From: an uncultured Methanotrichaceae archaeon
GTDB taxonomy: Archaea; Halobacteriota; Methanosarcinia; Methanotrichales; Methanotrichaceae
Direction of reading: 5' to 3'
Assembly: GCA_964556405.1 (NCBI GenBank)
Contig: CAZKWM010000002.1
Location: 1-28,047 of the forward strand
DNA: 28,047 bases
The notes under the pieces were generated by a model. The model did not search any database, was not told the origin of the DNA, and saw only the letters and a list, made by a program, of their open reading frames with translations. This document shows, one piece after another, positions 1 to 7,833 of this stretch; within the stretch, counting starts at the first letter, position 1, and every line of letters starts with the position of its first letter. The translations under genes and the position numbers were made by a program.

Positions 1-133
1 CGCTGGCAATACTTCAGCTATCTACAACAACAGATTTGGGACGCTTATCTACGGGGAGAACGTCCAGATTTACGATAATGAAGCTCCCAAAGATATCTTA
101 AGTTTGGGGCGCACGGAGATGGCCTTTGATTGA
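1..133 (+). CDS. 3' end of a gene entering the window (partial; possibly a beta-helix/NosD-like secreted protein)
   Basis: Open frame from position 2 reads AGNTSAIYNNRFGTLIYGENVQIYDNEAPKDILSLGRTEMAFD and ends TGA at 131-133. The Asn/Ile/Tyr spacing only weakly suggests beta-helix repeats. Confidence 0.5.
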   Translation, partial: AGNTSAIYNNRFGTLIYGENVQIYDNEAPKDILSLGRTEMAFD

Positions 134-141
134 GCGTTAAA

Positions 142-165
142 GAGCCCGGTCCCCGCGCCGGGCTC
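142..165 (+). terminator. GC-rich hairpin, probable terminator
   Basis: Perfect 8-bp stem GAGCCCGG (142-149) / CCGGGCTC (158-165) with an 8-nt loop, 8 nt after the stop at 133 and followed by AT-rich sequence. Confidence 0.5.
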
Positions 166-230
166 AAAGTTTCTATTCTATATAAATATAAATATTAATT
201 TAGTTATGGATACCCGCGGGGTAAGAGAGT

Positions 231-554
231 ATGCCGAAACATAAAGCAGCGATGGTGACGTATCTACTGATTTTCAGTATCACCGTCATGGCTTTCGGGG
301 AGTCCGAGAGCCCTGGGGGAAAGGTCGTAGAGGTCAAATCGCAGAAAGGGCTAGCATCGTTAGCGGGTGAACTTAATTGGAGTGACAATAATACAATTTA
401 TGTAATGGTTCCAACCTCATCACAGGAGAATTCTACTTCGCCTGCAAATGATGAGATAGACCTCGAGGAGGGCCTGGCTCTCCACGCTCAGTTACCTTTC
501 GCTAGGTGGTATAATAGCGTTTTGAATGTCAGGCCGCCCGTATCTCAAGCCTGA
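231..554 (+). CDS. Small secreted hypothetical protein
   Basis: 107 aa. Basic N-terminus plus hydrophobic stretch (MPKHKAAMVTYLLIFSITVMAFG) is signal-peptide-like, and TATAAATA lies upstream near 181-190. The 3' end overlaps the cas4 remnant, so the C-terminus may be truncated. Confidence 0.55.
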   Translation: MPKHKAAMVTYLLIFSITVMAFGESESPGGKVVEVKSQKGLASLAGELNWSDNNTIYVMVPTSSQENSTSPANDEIDLEEGLALHAQLPFARWYNSVLNVRPPVSQA

Positions 555-971
555 ACTAAGCTACCTGCGTTGATAGTGATGGCATAACGTTCGTTAGTGC
601 CGAAGAGGTAGAGATAGCCCATCCTCACAGGCTCGCCCAGATAATCTTCTAGGAGCATGCAGTAAGTTGCTAACTGGATCTCATCGTTGTCATAATAAGA
701 TGAGCCTCGCTTGCGCTCTATCGGTACCAAGGTGGGTCCAGTACTCTTACTATTTTTAGATTCAAGGATATCTACCTTTCCATGCAGACCAAGGTTTTCA
801 GATCGTAGATAAAACTCGTGTATCCAGCCGTCTCTTCTAGACTGGTTTTGGTGCCTAAGTAGTCCATCCTTGTGGTAGGCATTCATTTCTACTGTATCAA
901 AATAAGAACGATAGTAATATCTACGCGGGCAATAGAAATATTGATATCGATAGTAAAGGCCGGGCTTCCAA
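545..971 (-). pseudogene. cas4: Orphan Cas4 (RecB-like nuclease, type I-D-like), broken at both ends
   Basis: QYFYCPRRYYY (943-911) is in frame upstream of the ORF-track ATG. Motifs LGLHGKVDILE, PIERKRG and DEIQLATYCMLLE are present. The C-terminal CxxC...C cluster is absent, and the plausible TTG start (971, LEARPLLSIS) is out of frame. Confidence 0.85.
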
Positions 972-1082
972 AACAGGCTGTGGGGTTGAAAAAAGCCTCC
1001 AATACGGTAATCGCAAAGTTCGCTTAAATCAAGATTGAAGAGGACGCCGGCAAAGCCGCTCCTCTATACATCTTTCAGGCTT

Positions 1083-1466
1083 TTACCGCAGATCCATTTT
1101 GGTTTTGCCAAGGACGCTTATGTAAGTTACTTCCTTGCCCTGCTCCAGCTTTGCCTTCATCTCCTCGGTGATGGGTACATCGATGGTGCTGTAGTCGCCC
1201 ATATCCATGAGCTGGACTGAGTTGTCGCTTAAGGATAAGACCTGGCCCGACTTTCTTTCCACTACGGGGACGTAGACCTTGGAGGTGACGGGGGATACCA
1301 TGGATCTCTTCTGGTTATCGAATATGCCTATGCAGTCAACCCTGGCCTTGGCAGCGCCGTGCTTTCCGGGCTTGGAGTGGGATATGGCCTTGATGATGCA
1401 TGGTTCATCGTCAATGATAACGTATCTTCCTTCTTTGAGCTCTCTTACCTCTACCTGTTCCTTCAT
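1083..1466 (-). CDS. eif5a: Archaeal translation factor aIF5A
   Basis: Hypusine-site motif SKPGKHGAAKAR; 127 aa; typical two-domain sequence. Confidence 0.97.
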   Translation of the reverse strand: MKEQVEVRELKEGRYVIIDDEPCIIKAISHSKPGKHGAAKARVDCIGIFDNQKRSMVSPVTSKVYVPVVERKSGQVLSLSDNSVQLMDMGDYSTIDVPITEEMKAKLEQGKEVTYISVLGKTKMDLR

Positions 1467-1501
1467 CTCATCACTCCGAGCCCGGAATGCGCCTCTCCTA
1501 T

Positions 1502-2605
1502 TTAAAGAATGCCTCTCATCCGTCTCAAAGCTTCCTCTATTTTGTCTCGAGAGGCCGTGTAGGAGAGCCTGAAGTGCTCTTTTCCACCTGGGCCGAAGGC
1601 CGAGCCCGGAACAACTATTACTCCTGCATTGGCCAGGCTGCTTGCAGCTAAATCGCCGTTACCGGCCTTAGGAAACAGGTAGAACGCTCCCTGGGGAACC
1701 TTAAGATCCACACCCATTTCCTTAAAGCCCGTGGCTAGAATATCCCTTCTGACCTTGAACTCGTCTCTCATGGCCTTCACACAGTCTTGGGGGCCGGTCA
1801 GAGCGGCCAGGGCCGCTGCCTGGGAGATGGAGCTGGCACAGGCCTGGATGTACTGGTGGACCTTGAGGAGCTGATCTAAAGCATCGCCCTTGGCTCCGAG
1901 ATATCCGAGCCTCCATCCTGTCATGGAGTAGGTCTTGGAGACGGCGTTGATAGTTATCACGTCATCAGCAAACCTGGCGGGGCTCACGTGTTCTCCTTCG
2001 TAGAGGAAGTGCTCGTAGACCTCGTCCGAGATAACAGTCACGCCTCTGTCGCTGGCGATCTCGGCTATGGCCTTGACCTCCTCCTTCGTCTGCACGGCGC
2101 CAGTTGGGTTGGAGGGAGAGCAGATGACCATGGCCTTGGTCTTGGGGGTGATCCTCTCCTCCACCGCCTGGGGAGACATCCTGAGATCCTCGTTCAAGGG
2201 AATGCCTACGGGCTTTCCTCCCACCAGATGTGTCAGGGCTTTGTAAGCGAGAAAGCTCGGGTCGCCCATTAGAACTTCTTCTCCTTTATCCACCAAGGCT
2301 GATATGGCCAAAAATAGAGCTTCGCTGGCGCCGCTGGTGACCATGATCTCGGAAGGTAAGTAGTCGACGTCGTTTTCCCTTTTGAACTTCTCGCTGACCG
2401 CTTTCTGCAGATCCGGATAGCCGCAGTTAGGGGTATAGCCGGTCATCCCTTTTTCTATTGCCTTGATGGCAGCCTCCTTGATATGAGCGGGCGTGTCGAA
2501 GTCGGGCTGACCTATGCCCAAGTTGACGGCATCAGGGCCGGCTCCCTCAAAGGCTTTGCGTATGCTGGATATCTCTATCTCCTTGGTGCAGCTTGAGAAT
2601 CTCAT
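1502..2605 (-). CDS. PLP-dependent class I/II (aspartate-type) aminotransferase
   Basis: Motifs NLGIGQPDF, CSPSNPTG, SDEVY and PLP-lysine motif SKTYSMTGWRLGY; 367 aa. Confidence 0.95.
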   Translation of the reverse strand: MRFSSCTKEIEISSIRKAFEGAGPDAVNLGIGQPDFDTPAHIKEAAIKAIEKGMTGYTPNCGYPDLQKAVSEKFKRENDVDYLPSEIMVTSGASEALFLAISALVDKGEEVLMGDPSFLAYKALTHLVGGKPVGIPLNEDLRMSPQAVEERITPKTKAMVICSPSNPTGAVQTKEEVKAIAEIASDRGVTVISDEVYEHFLYEGEHVSPARFADDVITINAVSKTYSMTGWRLGYLGAKGDALDQLLKVHQYIQACASSISQAAALAALTGPQDCVKAMRDEFKVRRDILATGFKEMGVDLKVPQGAFYLFPKAGNGDLAASSLANAGVIVVPGSAFGPGGKEHFRLSYTASRDKIEEALRRMRGIL

Positions 2606-3129
2606 TTGGAATTACCTCGGCGCGGGCTTTCTGCTTTCTTGGTCTGCCCTTCTTTTACCTCCTCCTCTTTATAAACGGCGTTGGTAAAATGGAAGCACCC
2701 TAGCCTTTCCAGCTCCTGGCAGGTGACCTTCATACTGGACCTTCCTCCGACCCGGTGTAAGTCAATCCTGACATCCTCCTTCTTCAGGTCCTCGGTGATG
2801 GAATCGATGAACTTCTCCAGGGCCGTTGGGCTGGAGAAGGGGATCACGAAGATCGCATGGTAGAGGGAGCCCTTTTTGGTGTAAGAGGTCAGAATATAGC
2901 CCCTGCTCTCAAACTCGCTTATCTTCTCGAAGCTGCAGGCCACCTCCTTCTCGTGCTCCGCAGTGGAATCCAACCTCGAGATTATTATGAGTATCTTGGC
3001 GGCCAGGGACCTGTCCAGACTTTTGCAGAACCAGAGGTTTATAGCCCCCTGGCTCAAGGTCACCGAGGCCTCATCTCCCGTCATCTCCAGGGAGAGCAGC
3101 TCCTGCCTACATCTCTGGGCGTAGGGCAT
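2602..3129 (-). CDS. Hypothetical protein translationally coupled to the aminotransferase
   Basis: Long ORF with an ATGA-type 4-bp overlap with the aminotransferase. The start was moved from 3183 to the ATG at 3129 because 3183 overlaps the divergent paaI ATG and a TATA-like element lies about 25 nt upstream of 3129. Confidence 0.7.
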   Translation of the reverse strand: MPYAQRCRQELLSLEMTGDEASVTLSQGAINLWFCKSLDRSLAAKILIIISRLDSTAEHEKEVACSFEKISEFESRGYILTSYTKKGSLYHAIFVIPFSSPTALEKFIDSITEDLKKEDVRIDLHRVGGRSSMKVTCQELERLGCFHFTNAVYKEEEVKEGQTKKAESPRRGNSK

Positions 3130-3150
3130 CAATGGCTGATGAAGCGGAGT

Positions 3151-3160
3151 AGATATAACC
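3151..3160. promoter_or_regulatory. TATA-like element centred between divergent genes
   Basis: AGATATAACC (GGTTATATCT on the minus strand) lies about 22-25 nt from both the ATG at 3129 (-) and the ATG at 3182 (+). Confidence 0.4.
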
Positions 3161-3181
3161 ATTTCGAGGATACTCCCTGCC

Positions 3182-3589
3182 ATGGGAGAATCACTTGATA
3201 AGCTCTTTGAGGTTGAGCCCTATGCCAGGAAGCTAGGCATGAGGCTCCTGGAAGTAGGCCTGGGGATGGCCATGGTAGAGATGAGGATCACGAAGGACAT
3301 GAACAACATCTTCGGATCAGCCCATGGCGCAGCCATATATGCCCTTATGGACGTGGCCTTCGAGCTGGCTGCCAACTCCCATGGGACGGTCTCCGTCGCC
3401 CTGGATGTAAATGTAAACTATCTATATCCCGCCGTGGCCGGAGACCTTCTGATTGCCTCCGTCCGGGAGATGAGCAGATCCCCCAAGATCTCCACTTACT
3501 TCATTGAGGTCAAGAAGGAGGACGGAAGGCTCGTCGCGACAGCCCAGGCCATGGCCTACAACAAGAAGGACCCTCTGCCCTCCCAATGA
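3182..3589 (+). CDS. paaI: PaaI-family hotdog-fold thioesterase
   Basis: Motif NNIFGSAHGAAIYALMDVAFELAANS matches the PaaI N...G..HGG.I..L.D pattern; 135 aa. Confidence 0.88.
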   Translation: MGESLDKLFEVEPYARKLGMRLLEVGLGMAMVEMRITKDMNNIFGSAHGAAIYALMDVAFELAANSHGTVSVALDVNVNYLYPAVAGDLLIASVREMSRSPKISTYFIEVKKEDGRLVATAQAMAYNKKDPLPSQ

Positions 3590-3636
3590 GGAGAGGACTT
3601 ATAGCTGATACAAAATAACTCCTCCTCAGGTGGACA

Positions 3637-4866
3637 ATGAGGCTGAGGTCGTGCTTGAAGAGGTACAGGGGCGACACCCACAGGGCCCTCTCTCCCGAGG
3701 AGACCCTGGCGAAGGTGGAGCCCAAGATGCCCGCGGCAGGCATCACCAGGGTGGCGGATATAACCAACCTTGATAGAGTAGGAATTCCCGTCTTTTCATC
3801 CATAAGGCCCATGGCCGACAGGGGGGCCGTCTCTGTCTACAACGGCAAAGGGGCGTCTCCAGTGGAGGCCCGGGTCTCCGCCATGATGGAGGGGATAGAG
3901 AGGTACTCCTCCGAGGTGAGGGACAGGCATCTTACCGTTGCTAGGTACTCGGGCCTTTGCCAGAGCGAGAATGCCTTGGATCCTTCAGAGCTCATCCTCC
4001 CGGTAGGGGCCGACCCCAACTCCGATATTCCCTGGATCCTGGGCCAGGATATACTGAACGATGAGGAGATAATGGTGCCTGCCAACGCCGTCTTCCATCC
4101 CCTGACTGAGGACTATCGGAGGCTTTTTAGGACGAACACAAACGGCCTGGCCTCAGGAAATGAGATGGAGGAGGCGGTCTTCCACGGACTGGCTGAGGTG
4201 GTGGAGAGGGATGCCTGGGCCCTAGTAGAGGCCAAGCGGGACACAGGGCCCGTGATAAGGAACGTAACAGATAGCATCGCCCTTGGACTCCTGGATAAGT
4301 TTGCTACGGCTGATGTAGCAGTCCACTTGAAGGACATCACCAGCGACATAGGCATACCCACCTGCGCCGCTTCTTCAGATGATGTCAAGCTTAAAGACCC
4401 CATCCTCCTCACCAACGGCATGGGAACACACGTCAGCAGCAGGATCGCAGTCCTGAGAGCCTTGACTGAGGTAGCCCAGAGCCGTCTCACCCAGATCCAC
4501 GGGGCCAGGGAGGACACCGTCAGCGCCGAGATGAAGCGTCAGATAGGCTACGAGAGGATGAAGCGCATCAATAAGCACTGGTTTGATGAATCCAGGGAAG
4601 AGGACTTCTCAGCCCTGCCGAGCTTCGAGAGCGACGACTTCCTGGAGGACGTGAGGTACATCACCAGGAAACTGGAGGAGGCAGGCCTGGAGAGGGTCAT
4701 CGTTGTGAACCTGACCAGGAAGGAGATAGGCGTGCCCGTGGTCAGGGTGATAGTCCCAGGCCTGGAAATGTCTGCGGTGGACCCGGAGCGGGTTGGAAGG
4801 AGGCATCTCAATGCCAGGAAAGCCAAGGGCCGTCATCTTCTTGGGGCCAAGCCTGCAGCTAGATGA
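3637..4866 (+). CDS. ycaO: YcaO-family thioamide synthetase (methanogenesis marker protein 1)
   Basis: GITRVADITNLDRVGIPV, YNGKG, EGIERYS, TNTNGLASGN..EEA..HGL.EVVERDA and PVVRVIVPGLE; RBS-like AGGTGG upstream. Confidence 0.95.
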   Translation: MRLRSCLKRYRGDTHRALSPEETLAKVEPKMPAAGITRVADITNLDRVGIPVFSSIRPMADRGAVSVYNGKGASPVEARVSAMMEGIERYSSEVRDRHLTVARYSGLCQSENALDPSELILPVGADPNSDIPWILGQDILNDEEIMVPANAVFHPLTEDYRRLFRTNTNGLASGNEMEEAVFHGLAEVVERDAWALVEAKRDTGPVIRNVTDSIALGLLDKFATADVAVHLKDITSDIGIPTCAASSDDVKLKDPILLTNGMGTHVSSRIAVLRALTEVAQSRLTQIHGAREDTVSAEMKRQIGYERMKRINKHWFDESREEDFSALPSFESDDFLEDVRYITRKLEEAGLERVIVVNLTRKEIGVPVVRVIVPGLEMSAVDPERVGRRHLNARKAKGRHLLGAKPAAR

Positions 4867-5485
4867 GGCTGAAAAGATCCTGGGCCTTGGGGACGGGGCC
4901 GAGTTCAGGCCTCCTGCCAAGAGAGGCGACATCTTCAAAGCAGCCGAGGATGGAGCCGAGTTGATCTGCCTCATAGACGGGTTCTTCTTCCAGGACTGCT
5001 CCGTGGCCCACAAGGAGATTCTGTATGCCTTGGAGCATGGGGTAAAGGTAATTGGGGCCTCTAGCATGGGCGCTCTGAGGGCTTCGGAGATGGATGTCTA
5101 CGGCATGGAGGGCGCGGGGGAGATTTATCAGGCTTATAAAAATGGAGCGCTTGAGTCGGATGACGAGGTGGCATTAACCTTTGATCCCTACACCTTTACG
5201 CCTCAGTCCGAGCCCCTGGTGAACGTGAGGCATAGCCTTACGCTGGCAATAAAGCAGGGAGTTTTAAACCAGGAATCGGCAGAGGTCATACTGAGGGCGG
5301 CTCAATCCCTTTACTTCCCAGATAGGATCTACGACAGGATATTGAAGGCCGCCGGGACAAACGGGGTCTCCTCAGAGGCCATCGATGGGTTCAAATTGTT
5401 TCTAAAGTCTGGCGAAGGGGATCTTAAGGGTAAGGATGCCAGAAAGGCGCTAAAAAGGTCTCGGGAGATACTGGAGAATGGCTGA
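4811..5485 (+). CDS. tfuA: TfuA-like protein, YcaO partner
   Basis: VIFLGPSL, PPAKRGDI, IDGFFFQDCSVAHKEI, GASSMGALRASE and SDDEVA. Probable start is the ATG at 4811, which overlaps the ycaO 3' end by 56 nt. Confidence 0.93.
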   Translation: MPGKPRAVIFLGPSLQLDEAEKILGLGDGAEFRPPAKRGDIFKAAEDGAELICLIDGFFFQDCSVAHKEILYALEHGVKVIGASSMGALRASEMDVYGMEGAGEIYQAYKNGALESDDEVALTFDPYTFTPQSEPLVNVRHSLTLAIKQGVLNQESAEVILRAAQSLYFPDRIYDRILKAAGTNGVSSEAIDGFKLFLKSGEGDLKGKDARKALKRSREILENG

Positions 5486-5590
5486 AGTCCTGTATCCGAT
5501 TATGATATAGTCCTTTCGTACTTTTTCACACGGTAATTATTTCTAAGACTTTTCAAAGACATCTTTTGTTAGGGCATCAGTATGCTATCG

Positions 5591-5639
5591 ATAACTCTCT
5601 TAGTTATATCAAAAAAACTTATTACCAAGCCTGGTAATA
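5591..5639. promoter_or_regulatory. Promoter region of katE with two inverted repeats
   Basis: ATAACT-N5-AGTTAT (5591-5607) and TATTACCA-agcc-TGGTAATA (5620-5639) flank an A-run/CTTATTA BRE-TATA-like element. Confidence 0.4.
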
Positions 5640-6553
5640 TATCTTCTGAAGTTGTTGAGGTCAAACATACCGTAAAACCCATCCCTTAAGCCTTCTTGGC
5701 TCTGTTCAATCTTCCAATCAGATTTAGCAGTTTACATAACGAGTTTAGCTGTAATAGAGGTATCTGTAAATGAACGACCGCAATGAATCGAAGCCAGTAG
5801 ATAAGAACCGCAAGGACCAGCAGCTCGATTATTATACGGAGCACCCTGAGGAAACACAGCTTACCACCAATCAGGGCGTAAAGGTCAGCCGCACCGATGA
5901 TTCCCTCAAGGCCGGTCTAAGGGGCCCACCCCTCATGGAGAATTCTCATTTCAGGGAAACGATAACCCATTTCGACCATGAGAGAATTCCTGAGAGGGTG
6001 GTTCATGCCATGGGAACGGGTGCTTTTGGCTACTTCGAGTGCCTTAAAGCCCATGGGCGAATATACGGCAGCCAAGTTCCTTTAGGAGGTGGGAAAGAGG
6101 ACCCCAGTCTTTGTGCGGTTCTCCACGCCAGCTTCAGGGGATCGGCGGATACGGTTAGGGACGTGAGGGACTTTGCCACCAAGTTCTACACCGAGGAGCT
6201 CATATCTCCCAGGAAGATTGGAAGGCTGGTCCTGAACAAGACGCATGAAAACTTCTTCGCCGAGGTAGAACAGGTCGCCTTCTGTCCTGGAAACGTGGTG
6301 AAGGGCATAGACTTCACCAATGATCCCTTGCTTCAGGCCAGGCTCTTCTCCTACATAGACACCCAGATAGGCCGCCTTGGAGGCCCCAATTTCCACGAGA
6401 TACTCGTCAACAGGCCCATCGCCCCCGCCCACAACAACCAGAGGGACGCCATGCACAGGATGATGATCAACACCAGCAAGACCAGTTACTTCCCCAACTG
6501 CCTCGGCAGCAACTATCCGATGTCAACATCCTGGGATCAGGACGGCTACACCC

Positions 6554-6579
6554 ACTACATGGAGACACTACATGGAGAC
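6554..6579 (+). repeat. Perfect 13-bp tandem duplication ACTACATGGAGAC x2
   Basis: Read directly at 6554-6566 and 6567-6579; it frameshifts katE. Confidence 0.95.
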
Positions 6580-6733
6580 GGTGGAGGGAAGGAAGGTCCG
6601 GGAGAGGAGCGTAGAAGTTCAAGGATTTCTTCAGCCAGGCCAGCCTTTTCTTGAACAGCATGGCCGACTTCGAGAAGCTTCACATCATCAGAGCCTTCCG
6701 CTTCGAGGTAGGCAAGGTGGAGAGCAAGGAGGT

Positions 6734-6829
6734 CCGCCAGGTTTGCTGATGACGTGATAACTATCAACGCCGTCTCCAAGACCTACTCCATGACAGGATG
6801 GAGGCTCGGATATCTCGGAGCCAAGGGCG
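6734..6829 (+). repeat. Exact 96-bp inverted copy of 1885-1980 (aminotransferase segment) inside katE
   Basis: CCGCCAGGTTTGCTGATGACGTG...CTCGGAGCCAAGGGCG matches the reverse complement of 1885-1980 base for base. Confidence 0.95.
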
Positions 6830-7380
6830 TTGGTGCGGATCCGTCGACCCAGGGTGCCGATGCCAGCAAGTGCGGTAGATCTCCTGCCCTTAGATATGGC
6901 CAACACTCCTAAGAACACCCTCAAGAGCAGGATGATTGCCATTCTGGACGAGGATGGGTTCAATGGTACAGAGCTTACGAAGGTTACGATGGCTCTGGAG
7001 GATGTGGGTGGTCATGTCCAGGTTGTATCCACGCTTCTGGGAAGGATCAAAGGCGCCGACGGCCAGGAGTCAATGGTGGAAAAGAGCTCTCTTATCACTC
7101 CGTCCGTGGTCTTCGATGTCGTCTTCATCCCAGGTGGAAAGAAGAGCGTCGATGCTCTGAAGGCCAATGGGGATGCGATGCATTTCGTCAACGAGGCCTC
7201 AAGCACTGCAAGGCTATTGGAGCTGCCAGGGAGGGCATTGGTCTTCTGGAGGCTTCTGATATCAAGGGCTTGGTCTTTTCTGATCCTCAGGGAAAGGTAA
7301 AATCAGAGCTTGGTAGTAGTGACGGTTGGAACTGCTTCAGATGTTAATGCCTTCTTGGGAGCGTTTATCAAGGCGATAGC

Positions 7381-7673
7381 TCAGCATAGGTACTGGGGTA
7401 GGGAGAAGATGCTGCTGCCCCCTGATTGCCTTCCGATCTCTGTTTTCCAGTAGGCATTGTACCAGAACCTGTGCCCTTTCTCATTCTGCCTCTTGTCATG
7501 GGCGACCCATCCCCATCTTATAAGTGCCCTCAATGACTTGGCCAGCTTTCTTTCTGCTCTGACCCAATCTGTATAGGTTGAGATCTCCAATCCCATGGCT
7601 TGAGCTATCTCTTTCATGGATTTGGCTTCCGCTTGGCTATCAGGAAAAAAATTAAAAGAGATTCGTGATTCAT
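7381..7673 (-). pseudogene. Small winged-helix-like protein, probably frameshifted in an A7/T7 tract
   Basis: The ORF body (MKEIAQAMGL...LRALIRWGWV) is wHTH-like. An ATG at 7673 preceded by AGGTGA is 56 nt upstream; one extra base in the A7 run at 7645-7651 would join the frames. Confidence 0.55.
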
Positions 7674-7833
7674 CGGTTCACCTGTTATCCCTAGTTCTTA
7701 TTTGCGTGCCGTATATAAATTTCTGCCCTTGCCAAAAGGTTACAAGCTCTGCCGTAAGTCAACGGCGGGCATTGGGTCGCAGCACACCGAAAAGGCTACA
7801 TCACATCGGTTCAATTGGTTTTTTGGTTTGGAA

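Larger units (their letters stand above)
5770..7425 (+). pseudogene. katE: Large-subunit monofunctional catalase (HPII/KatE type with C-terminal DJ-1/PfpI domain), multiply disrupted
   Basis: FDHERIPERVVH, RFST (in a shifted frame), SADTVRD, RLFSYIDTQ and HFVNEA..HCKAI are present. Lesions: TAG at 6083, several frameshifts, a large internal deletion at 6191-6198, a 13-bp duplication and a 96-bp foreign insert. Confidence 0.93.

Noticed and set aside
961-1000. GTTGAAA-containing stretch upstream of cas4 as a CRISPR repeat or leader
   Set aside because: It is not repeated and matches repeat consensus only over a few bases; it is more likely part of the eif5a terminator region.
7702-7833. N-terminal extension of the acylphosphatase-like ORF (and similarly 8318-8404, 4793-4810 and 20841-20906)
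   Set aside because: These extensions precede the conserved domain starts and overlap promoters or neighbouring genes; later ATGs fit better.
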